64,000 nucleotides of DNA. Source: Auanema rhodensis (lineage: Eukaryota > Animalia > Nematoda). A model generated the notes under the pieces. That model saw only the letters and a list, made by a program, of their open reading frames with translations, was not told the DNA's origin and made no database searches. The translations under genes were made by a program, and so were the position numbers. Position 1 is the first letter of the stretch. Each line of letters starts with the position of its first letter. The stretch is taken from positions 16,616,001 through 16,680,000 of the forward strand of contig OZ059899.1 of NCBI GenBank assembly GCA_964057225.1, read 5' to 3'. This document shows positions 11,382-23,355 of the stretch, piece after piece.

Positions 11382-14352
11382 ATGTTGAGAATCGGCACAA
11401 GAACTGCGGTAATATATTTATATTTTAAATTTGAAAAAAAAATTATTTGTTTTTTGTAGGCTCTTCGCCAAGCTTCCAGTTATTCTCGTTTACCGATTGA
11501 TGCAAAATGGTCGGCGATGGCTAAAAAAGCCATGAAGGTACTGATATTAGATTGTAAAAACGTCTATAACATCTAAATTCCAAGGGTAAAGAAGCTGACA
11601 CTTTAATTTGGAATACACCTGAAGGAATTCCGATTAAGCCTTTATATACTTCTGCGGATAGACAATGTGATTCTGAAAGAACCACTGAAGTAAGAAAAGT
11701 TTTTATTGAATCACTAATGAATTGTTTGTATCCAGTATCCTGGAGAGTTCCCTTTTACCCGTGGTCCTTACCCAACTATGTATACCCAAAGACCGTGGAC
11801 TATTCGTCAATATGCTGGATTTTCAACTGTAGAAGAATCAAATGCTTTTTATAAGTATGCTAGGACTAATCAATATTTTGTTAACAGGCTATTTTTTAAG
11901 AGAAAACATTAAGGCCGGGCAGCAAGGGTTATCAGTTGCCTTTGATTTAGCGACACATAGAGGGTTAGATATGGTTTCTGTTTTTTTTGGTGCAACTAGT
12001 TTTTAAAGATATGATTCGGATAATCCAAGAGTTTTCGGAGATGTAGGTATGGCTGGAGTAGCTGTGGATAGTGTAGAAGATATGAAGCAGGTTTTCCGAG
12101 ACTTCTCGAAAAAAAAATATTTAAAAGTTGTTCAGCTTTTTGAGGGTATTCCTTTGGATAAAATGTCCGTATCTATGACCATGAATGGAGCTGTACTTCC
12201 CGTACTGGCTATGTACATCGTGGGAGCAGAAGAAAGCGTAATACATAACTCGTTTTTAAGAAAGACTTCCATCATTTTCAGGGTGTTGATCGTAAACTAC
12301 TTTCTGGAACTATTCAAAATGACATCCTGAAGGAGTTTATGGTTCGTAATACATACATCTACCCTCCTGAACCATCAATGAGAATTATTGGAGATATATT
12401 TGCCTACACCAGTAGAGAAATGCCAAAGTGGAACAGTATTTCAATTTCTGGATACCATATTCAAGTCGGAATTTTATTTATTGTTGAAAATCGAAATCTT
12501 CTGTTTGTAGGAAGCTGGTGCTGATGCTGTATTAGAAATGGCTTTCACAATTGCTGACGGTATTCAATACTGTGAGACTGGTCTTGAAGCTGGTTTAACT
12601 ATTGACCAATTTGCTCCACGTTTATCTTTCTTTTGGGGTATTAGTATGAATTTCTACATGGTTTGTTAATATAAGGAGACTTCTTGTTAATAGTTTTTTT
12701 CTTCAAGGAAATCGCTAAAATGAGAGCTGGAAGAAGACTGTGGGCCGATCTTATTAAGGAAAGATTCAACCCGAAGAGTGATAAATCTTTGATGCTAAGA
12801 ACTCACAGTCAAACAAGTGGATGGTCACTCACTGAACAAGATCCATACAACAACGTCATTCGTACCACAATCGAAGCCATGGCTTCCATTTTTGGAGGAA
12901 CTCAATCTCTTCATACAAACTCTTTTGACGAGGTTAAATTATAAGTAAATCAAGTTTAAAGTCGAAGTATTTAGGCACTTGGTCTCCCAACAAAGTTTTC
13001 TGCAAGAATCGCCCGTAATACTCAGATTATCATTCAAGAAGAAAGTGGAATTTGTAAGGTTGCTGATCCATGGGGAGGTTCTTACATGATGGAATCTTTA
13101 ACAGATGAAATCTACGAAGCAGCATTGAAAGTATTTTTTTAAAATGAATAGAATTCTGATGACTTATGTGTATTTTAGGTAATTAAGGAAATTGATGAGC
13201 TTGGAGGTATGGCCAAGGCTGTAGCTTCTGGAATGACCAAGCTCCGTATTGAAGAAGCTGCTGCCAAGAAGCAGGTATCAATTAAATTTCCGTTTTCTTA
13301 TATGTTCTTTTCATCTAGGCTCGTATTGATTCCGGTAAAGATGTTATTGTTGGAGTAAATAAGTACCGTCTTGATAAGGTATTTAATACATCGGTACATT
13401 TCTAATATCAAGTTTTAGGAAACTCCAATTGATGTTCTTCAAATTGACAACAAGCGAGTTAGAGAATCTCAGGTCAATAAATTGCTTAATCTTCGCAAAA
13501 ATCGTGATGAGCAAAAGGCTCAAGCTTGCTTAACGGCTATAACGGAAGGATGTACAAATGGTGGAAATCTATTAGCTCTTTCCGTTGATGCCGCTAGAGC
13601 TCGTTGTTCTTTGGGAGAGATTAGTGATGCCATGGAAAAAGTGTTCGGAAGGTTAGTTCCATGCTACTATCAGTAATTTTTTGACTAATGTGACTTAGAT
13701 ACGCTGCTGTTAATAGAATGGTTTCTGGAGCGTACAAAAGCGAATTTGGAGAGACTTCAGAGATTGACCAAGTATCAGATTCACTTTTTTTACGTTTGGT
13801 TAAGTGATAATATGCTCTAGGTCATGAAGAAAGTAAAAGATTTCGCTGATAAGGAAGGTCGCCAACCCAGAATTATGGTAGCTAAAATGGGTCAGGATGG
13901 CCATGATCGTGGTGCCAAAGTTATTGCAACCGGATTCGCTGATCTTGGTAAAGCGATTACGTTAATGAAAAATGTATTTTTAATTTAAGGATTTGATGTT
14001 GACGTTGGCCCTCTTTTCCAAACTCCAGCTGAAGCTGCTCAACAAGCTGTAGACGCTGACGTTCACGCCATTGGTGCTAGTAGTTTGGCTGCTGGTCACC
14101 TGACTTTAATCCCACAATTGATTGATGAGTTGAAGAAGCTAGGAAGACCGTAAATACTTCTTCATATACTGGATAAATTAGTTTAATTTCAGTGATATTC
14201 TTGTTATCGCCGGAGGAGTTATTCCACCACAAGACTATGATGCCTTGTACAAGGCTGGTGTAGCTCTCATTTTTGGACCCGGAACAAGACTTCCCCACTG
14301 TGCTGACCAGGTGCTAGATAAACTTGGCAGTCAATTGCACGGAACAGCTTGA
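11382..14352 (+). CDS. mmcm-1: Methylmalonyl-CoA mutase, mitochondrial (18 exons)
   Basis: [48 protein letters not shown], and B12-binding [11 protein letters not shown]. Confidence 0.98.
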
Positions 14353-14636
14353 ATATTTTTAATAGTTTGTTAATAAATCAAATAGGCATATTTTTTTGTT
14401 TTGTCAAAGTTCGATTTCGTTATGCCGGTGTTATGTATTTGTTATTTTTGTATAGTTGTATTAATTTTAAAAATATTTTACACAGAGTTTTATTATTTAG
14501 AATAAAGAAGTTTATATTTTCAATGTAGTTAGCAATAGTACGCCAAATATAACTTATAATTACGTGAAAAACGTGGACTTCATTTTACCACCTTTTTCTC
14601 ACAGATACCGGTTGCTCTTTATATTGAGACAGTAAG

Positions 14637-15069
14637 ATGTCTTTGAAAATTCCTATAACGCGAATAGGTAATGAGGAAAAATTAAATCAGACAAAGCTAG
14701 AAATTTCAGAGGTTAGATCTCAGGTTTTATTCTTTTAGGTATCTTTATTTAGATAATGCAAATTATGCGAAGTAATATTGAAAAAGTGTATGAGCGTAAT
14801 GAATCTTTGGATAGCCTTGCTCAGAGAGCTGGTTCTTACGCTTTAATTAGGATTTTAAATATTTGTATTTATAGATATTCTAAATAATTCTTCTATTGAA
14901 TTTGAGCAATGTACTCATTCAATACGCCGTCAACTCCATCCGAAATATTTTTTAAAATATATTATTTTAATTGGAGTTGTATCCATAATCGTAGTATGTG
15001 CTGTTGGTAGGGTACTCTTTTACAAAAAAAAAAGATATAAATTTGACTTCAGCTTTGAAAACGCAATAG
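14637..15069 (+). CDS. Small synaptobrevin/VAMP-like R-SNARE
   Basis: IMRSNIEKVYERNESLDSL (zero-layer R) followed by TM IILIGVVSIIVVCAV; 4 exons. Confidence 0.8.
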
Positions 15070-17715
15070 CTCTACGCTTAAAAAATCAATGATTAGCAGC
15101 ATATATTGGATTTTTTTTTGTTTTTACTTGTACTTTATTTCATTTTTTTTCAAGAAATATCAAAAAAAACTTATAGTGACGTTTTTAATATATATATATT
15201 TTTTTTCTAACAAAAAAACTAACTAACATTACCCCAAAGCCTATAATTCTATAAACTCGTGAAGAGAAGTTAGTTTCAAAAATTAAAACTCAATGAACAG
15301 AATAAGCTTGAATCATCGTCGTCGTCCTCTAATCACACAGCATACAACAGATTGGCTTTGTTTCCACATTGTAAGTATAAAAAGAATATGAGGAATATTT
15401 AGTGTACCAATCTCAAAAACAAAGTTGATATATAAAATATTACTAATAATCAGTCTACTTATTATAGCTTAAAGCTATAAACATGCTCAATCCAAATATT
15501 TTAATTGTTAATTCTAGTTATTCTGAGGATTTGAAGTTTATGGTTATAGTTTATTATTCTAAAATTCTATAAATGCTATTTTTATGAAAAATATTAATAA
15601 AAATGATGAATTGAAAAAGTAATTAAAATAGCCTGTTGTATTATGCTTAATATTGTTATAAAAGTTTCTCTTATTTTGTGCTAAATAAATCAAATACCAC
15701 ATTCATATTTGTTTCATATTGTTATAACAACTCTTCGGTCTAATTTTTTCCAAATCAAATTGAAATGTATATCATTGTTACTATATCTGCCAAGTTTTAA
15801 CATTAGACTGTAAATTGTGATGCTGGTTCTGGTATTTATGTATTCGAAAAGGTTGTGATAAGTACATTTCATAAATTCAAATAAACAAATAATTGTCGTT
15901 TGATCCTCGGCTTAGTGCAAAAAAGGAGAAATATGGATATTCTCGGTTTTAATATATGAAGTACTAGGTGTGATAGTTCGATGTATATCCACCATCATAT
16001 AGCATATCCAGCTTTTTAACTTTGCTTATAAAAAAGCTTAATAGAACTAATCGACTCATAATTGCACGTATAACCGATTTTATGTGTCGACTTTTTATAT
16101 TCCAATGGTTTTGGAAGCAGTTATAACATTGGCAAAAGTCCGCAGTTATTCAAGAATTCTTTCCTTGGGCCAAATAAAGCAAAACTTTCTGCTTGTTGGC
16201 TTTAAAACATTAAATATGCTTGTTAATAGATAAAAACCTCGTATGATATTGAATATTTCATGTTTTTACAATAAAAGTTTCGATCAATCAATCGATAGAA
16301 AACATGAGATGAAGATGAAAAACTAGAAAAAAACAAAACAAGAAAAATGAGGATCGTGGGAGCAGCACTGGAAATGAAATGTTTCAAATAAGAGGGATGT
16401 GCAGTGGACGCAAACGAGGCTTGATGACACAAGAATTACTCGAAATTTCAGAAAAAGGTTCCTTCTTACAACGCTATATAAACGCATATACAGAAAATGT
16501 CATCCCCCCAATAGTTCACGCCCAGAAAAGGGTATACTATTCTGAATCGAATACGAAAAATCATTGCCGGTAGGATGAACAATGGTTAAAGACGGGAGAC
16601 TAAAAATCTTATATAAGTAACCTAGTAATCTTGAACCCTATCCATAGGTTTAAACTAACGAGATGCCAGATTCGTGGGCTATCATTACCTGTCAAATTAC
16701 ATGAAATGAGTTCAATCACTACTCGAACAAGAGAGAACAACAATGAAAGGGAGTTAAAATTAAATGTACAACATAGTGTGTCGCTCCACAATAAAAGCAA
16801 CAGATTCAATGAACATCCCGAGCAAAATGAGGTCCCTTCGAGATGACGATGAACGCGCACCCAGCTCGCGTCAAAAGCACTGTTAAATTCTTCTTATAAA
16901 TAAAAAAATGAGATAAAAAGAGAGAGAAGATACAGGAAGAATCAACCACAGGTGACCCGCTGTTTAATCCAGGCTTTCCAGACAATGGACAGCCGTTGGA
17001 TAAGAGAAGGGGGGAAACAAATAATACATAAGACAGAACCGTTTCCAGAACGTGACCATCTCGCAAAAAGAAGGAAAGTGAACAAGCTTCACCTACAGCA
17101 GTTATCCTAGACTAGAGATTATGAAGTCAGCGGGCACATTGAAGTAGAAATAGAGAGACAGGCATAGAGAGAAAAGAAGACGAGGAGATGACATAGCTGG
17201 CCAATAACACATGAATGTTACAGTTATTTGACCAGTTTCATCAATGATTTCATAGAAAGATAACAAGATACTACAAGCTATTAAATAAACAGAATTTCTT
17301 TTAGAGAAGTTGAAAAGTCAATAGATAAAAAACGACTAATCTGCAAATAGGAATAACTTTGAAGGAAGGTCTACAGAATATAGACGTGAAGTGCGAAGAA
17401 AATCCTGCTAGCATTTGACCCGTTCGATACATCATCACACATCCTATAGAATGAACAGTGGAATCTGTTTCTCGTAAATAAAACTTACCAAAAACTCAAA
17501 TTTGAGCAAACAACCCAGCTACTGCTCCCAACGATCCGTAAAAGTAAATACTATGCCCTACACCCATGGAACCACGTCCAAGAGACGACGGCGTTATAAT
17601 ACAGAGATACACGAACACGAAGATATTATGTGAATTATGTATTGCCTGAAATATATTGTAAAGATACTTCTATAATGATGCCGCTTACATTCGCAATTCG
17701 AAACTCAACACAGAT

Positions 17716-20700
17716 CTAATCAAAGTCCTTATCTTCGAGGAAGCGGTATTCAAACGTGAATGCTTCTTTTTTTCTCTGCGACCATCGCTCAAAATCGAAG
17801 TAAACGTAGGTACCCTTAATCACTGACATTATTGAATTTTATCAACTAATTACTCACCTGCTCGAAATCATCAGTGATTTGTTTCGGCTCTTCATGACGT
17901 TGGAACCATGTTAGGTACTTAGTATGGAATCGCCATGAAAGCTTTTTCAAAGCCTTAGCTGCGAGTAGTTGAGCTTTTGTTCCCTGAAATATGTCAGTAT
18001 GACTTATAAAAAAAGAAATTTAACAGTACTTCCATATAGTAAAATATGAAAAAGAGGGTTTCTGGACTCAATCGAAGATAATATTCCAAAGTATCACTAT
18101 TAGGGGGAGGATTTTGTGGGTATAGTGTTGATCCGGGATAGGGTATCTTAGGAAGATATGTCCTAGGTCGTTCACTATCCATAGGTAAAGGAGCTTTCAT
18201 AAATGCTGCTTCGAGAGCTGCTAAATGAATATCATGTTCTTGTGTAGCTGGCGCACGGCCGAGAGGTGAAGCTCCGAGCCAAGCTGGTATATGAGCCTAC
18301 AAGATATATTTATAATAATTTGATTATATAAAATCGAACTGACTCGTTTAGGATCCTTGCTCGTGGGTTGCTGACGTAAAACTCCACGCAAAGCATCTTC
18401 TCCGACGGTTTCTCCCTTTAATTCACCAGAGCGATTTTCTACTACTCCTACTGAAGAAATTTCTGGCTGAAATATAGAGAAGAATATATATTTACACAAT
18501 AAAAAACCTACCTTTACATCGGTATGTGTAACACTAACACTACCGACGTTTACTAGGGAAGGACCATTCATCGCCGATTTTACTGGTGTTCTTATCTATA
18601 AAAAAATGGTTTATCATATAAAAGGAATGAAGGAAGAGTCAGACTCGCCAAGTAAAGTTGCTTGGCGCAAATATCTATCATTGCTAATGAAAGCAGGAAT
18701 TAGCACTACCACGCATACATACACACAAATTACAACACTATATTCTCTACTATCACTATTACTAGATATACCTAGTTAACTAGATTACATATAAAAATAA
18801 ACAGATAGCTAATAGAAGCATCCTTGAAATTTTAAACAATAAAAAAAGAAAGACCACAAAATACATGCACAATACGCCAGAAAAGGCACCTCATTTTTCA
18901 GCCCATTTGCTAAGGAGTAATCAGAAGATTCTGAGTTGGAAGCTGATGATTTCATACTTTCAGACTTAGCAACAACTTCCGCTACGGTCTTTGGTATCGC
19001 AACCTAAACAGGAAGCTGAGCTAAAACATAAAGACCCCCCAGGGGAAAAGAAATCAAATAAGAGTAAATTGTACGAATAACTCAACAAAAAAAAAGAAAA
19101 TACCTCGTTGACTGGATTCCTATTCTCATCATTACCAGGTGTGGATGTAGTCGATGAAGATTGTGAAGCAGCGGCAGCGGCTGCGGCTGCAGCAGCTTGG
19201 GCGGCTGATGTTGGCTGTCTCCTGAAATTAAATGCGGATGTTTTCAGTTTTATCAAGATCAATGCTTTGCTAATAATGAACATAAATACTCACGCTACAG
19301 CAGGAATCGGGAAAGATGCTTTTCCAGCTGAGGTAGTAGAGGATGGAGGAGTTGCAGCAGCGGGAGCAGCTCTGCCGGCAGCCACACTGTTATAGGGAAT
19401 ACCTGGCGGGGGAGGTGGGGGAGTGGCTGGAGTGACTGATGATAAGCTTGGTGTTTCGGAAGATGTTTCTCTATAAAAGAATAGCAACGTGTACAGTGGT
19501 TAAATAAAAAACCTTAACAACTTTGAAGGTGTTGCAATGGGAGCAGGCACGGATGCTGCAACAGCTCGTCGTGGGGCAGGACTAGCAGGTGATGCACTTG
19601 TTATACTAGGAGTATCGGTACTTCCGTGTCTAGAACTCTTATTTTCTTCGTATTCTTGCGAAATAGATATTTCCGAAGATTCTAAAAAAAAAATTTTATA
19701 ATAAAAGAAAATTTAAAAAAAACCTTCTGTCTTTTCTTCATCTCCACCACCAATACTTAAAGTTGTACCAAGTTGCGTACATAATGCGCCAAGGTTTAAC
19801 TCTTCGTAGGCATCTAAAATAAAAAGTTTATAAAAATACTTTCAATTTATTTTTTCAATTCAACCTTCTGGATCTAAATTCTCCAATTCATCTTCTGCTC
19901 TATCATAATCGGGGTCTAGAAGATCGACGTACATCTCCACAGGATCTTTCAAGACTTCCATAACACGTTTAGATTCCAAAGACTCATTATTAACCATACG
20001 CATACAAATCTTTAGAACAAAATAACTGAATATAGAAGAAACAAATTTTACCTCTAATTTTCCAATATGGAAATTCATTCTGTCCAAATGCTTCTTGAGT
20101 TCTTCTAATCGCTTCTATAAAAAAAATGAAAAATCATTAGAAAAAGTAATTTACCTGAGTATCTTTGCCTTTATCGCCCTTCTTCCCTCGTTTACCTCCT
20201 TCTCCGGATGTCAACGATTCAACCTGAGTTTCTGTCCTATCGGATTCATCACTCAATTCTCTAATTTGATTCTAAAACAAGTAATTATTTAATAAATCTA
20301 AATGACTTGTGTTTACCTGAAGCCATTCAATCGTTTCGGATTTTTCCTTTTCTTTAGGATCAAGCTTCTCTTCAGCACTTAAGCCCTAGGAAATAAAACA
20401 TAAAACAATGTTAACAAGAAATATCGTACCTGCTTACTATGCGGTTTAGTCTTATTTTCTCGCTCAATATCTTTGAACTGCTCCATTCGTTGTTCAATAA
20501 TCTTACGATAGTGATTAAGCCTGTCCTTGTCCTGTGGAAAAAGTGTTTACACTTGAAGAAATATGATAATACTAACCTTAATCTCTGATGAGTTCTGCCA
20601 GTTTTTAACTTGATCACGTAATCTTTGAAGTTTCTTTATCTCTTTCTTCAAATCATCCTGTAAAATAGAAATTAAAATATTTGAAATAAGGAAAGCTGTA

Positions 20701-20886
20701 TGCCTGATATTTTTCCCTTTGGTTGTCGCTATTAGCTTCATTCATCTTTCCCATCGTTTCTGCGAAGAGTTCTACGCCTTCATCGATCTTAATATTTCAA
20801 CATATAGAACAAGGAAAATGTTGAATACAACAAACCTTTTTGAAGCATTTCTCTATTTCAGCGAGGAGCTTGCGCTTCTCCGCCAT
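17716..20886 (-). CDS. ntl-3: CCR4-NOT subunit NOT3
   Basis: N-terminal [32 protein letters not shown]; C-terminal NOT box [40 protein letters not shown]. One GC-AG intron (20659-20703). Confidence 0.96.
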
Positions 20887-22752
20887 CTTAAACCCTCTTC
20901 GATGTTCTTAAAAGGTAAACTACTGCAATAATACAGCATGCACGGGTGCACTGTACAACTTCAGAATCTGAAAATACTTATTATTATATTTAAAATAGAG
21001 AAAACACTCAACGTATATGTAATCCCTATCTTGAGGTGGTAAGATCAAGGATGAACAGAATAAAATACTGTTTATTAACTAGATTGATGTGTTTTAATAG
21101 ACTGAAAGTTGAAATTCGTAAAGTATAATAATCTTGAAATTTGAGATATGCTAAGGTGAAAAAAAAATTATATACGCAAGCAGTTCAAAACAAACACTAG
21201 AGAAGGTGGTGACTGTAGTCGTAATAAAAAAATAAAATATAACTTTGTACGCAAGAAATATGTTTTCATCATTGTGTGGAATATTTTTCAATCAATATTG
21301 CCAAAAAAAATAAATAATATTTAATAAAACTAGGGACTTTGTTATCGGCATAGTCGATAATGCGCCATGTGCCCGAATTGATTTGGCTGCGTACATCTTA
21401 GTATACTATACGTGTGATCGGCAGTCAAGTGAGCGCCCGGCTTGGTTGTGTTTTGAAACTCAAGTTACTTATTGTAGAGTTGTTTTAAGTAATTTCTATG
21501 CTTGTTCTGTATAAGCATATGGTTAACAATGTAAATTAGGTTATTTATAAAAATATTATGTATTCATTTAATATTTGCAATTGAATTTAGATATATTTTC
21601 TATTACGTAAACTATTCACTTCAAATAGCTAAATTAACATTTTTATAAAGTATTAAGTAGTATAATTATAAAACAAATCTTAATTTATGCATCGTGTAAG
21701 AAAACTATGAAATTTTTGAAAGCTTTTAACAACTCGTTTAAAAATTGAATATATGAAAATTGATTGCTACGTTTAGTTGTTAGTCGAAGCTTTAACAATA
21801 CATAAACGTCGTTTTTCAAATCTGTTACATTGAATTTACTTCAGTTAGAATGGCAAGCAATGTAGTTGAAGATTTCTAATATTTAGTGTTATTGATGCTT
21901 TTGAGCGACAAATAGATCATGTGATTGGTGTCTGTTAGTTCATGCTTTTGTTATTAAATTGATACCATCCACATCAATACTACGTACTATCTCGTGGAGC
22001 TAACATTGTTAGATCAGTAATAATGATGAAGTAAGTTATGCTGTTAAATATTAATTAATTTGATTAAAATTCGGGATAAGCTTTATTTTCGTTTGTGTGA
22101 AGATTCTTATAATTTCCTGATTGTACTAGAAATAAACAAAATTTTTATTAAAGAATAATGTATATCCGAAATACTATAATAAATGACTAGCTGGTACAAT
22201 ATTTACGTCAAACTGTCAACAGTTCGATGAAGATTTTGAGCTGCATACAAGTAGATACTACAAGCGTATACGATACGCTGAAGTGAAAACATAGTAAAAT
22301 ACATTCTAGTTACAACTAAAGCCACTACTAAGAAGAACCAAGAGAACTTTCTGTCACTCGTTTCAATAGCTGAATGAGCAAGTCCCTTTGATAATTTCAG
22401 CAAACAATACATACATATAATGAGGTGGAAAAAACCCGTGAACCAAAGGAAAATAAAACAATTCACGCGGGAAGTGCATACAAAATTTTCAGTTTCACAG
22501 TTGAAATATTTCAGGAGTACGCAAGGATTTGGTCAATTCTCAAGGTTTTTACATTAAGCGAACAATGAGGTAAGAAAAAGAAAGGGGGAGTAAAGGGACG
22601 GGGAGTAGGTGGAGAAAGAGATGTACATTATTTATTATAATAAAGTGAATTACAGCTAAAAGCATGTTAATAGAATTTATATATATGTATATAATAGACC
22701 GGAGTTTCTTGTTGTATTGTTTGTGAATAAAAATCTGAAAACTGTTCGAGCT

Positions 22753-23301
22753 CTATACAGCCTTACTCTCGTTTTCATTGCTTAACGAGTTTTGCGAGGG
22801 AGAATTAGCAAGAGCTTGCTCAATCATTGATGTTGGTATACCAGCCACAGTTTTGCTCTAAAATAAACTTCCAAATTTCAATAACTTCAATTTTAAACTA
22901 ACGCCATCCTTTGCTACTGGAAGAGGCGTCCATTCCAGTTTCCCACTTTTATAGTCATTAGTAAATTTTTCAATAACCTTAAGATAATATTTTGCTAATT
23001 AGATGAAACATTTTGAATTAAGACAAACCTCATCAGAAACATCAGGTTTATCGCAAATGGCCATCTGACCCGCCAGACTGTCTACGATACAGATGAGAGG
23101 TAGTTCAGAGTCTCCAAGACCCAAAATCTTTTCAAGAATCTAAAAATTGAAACAGTTTTATACATAAATGAAAGAATATTTTACATGATCACAGATAGGA
23201 TCCTCTCCCGTATAAAATATTTGAAGAGGATCAGCTTGTGGTGGAACTAACACATCAGATCCAGTTGAACTGAAACATTCGGATAAATAGCAAAGTATCG
23301 A

Positions 23302-23355
<54 letters not shown>

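Noticed and set aside
20659-20703. GC-AG introns in ntl-3 and guk-1 (~59316)
   Set aside because: A well-known minor intron class; not novel by itself.
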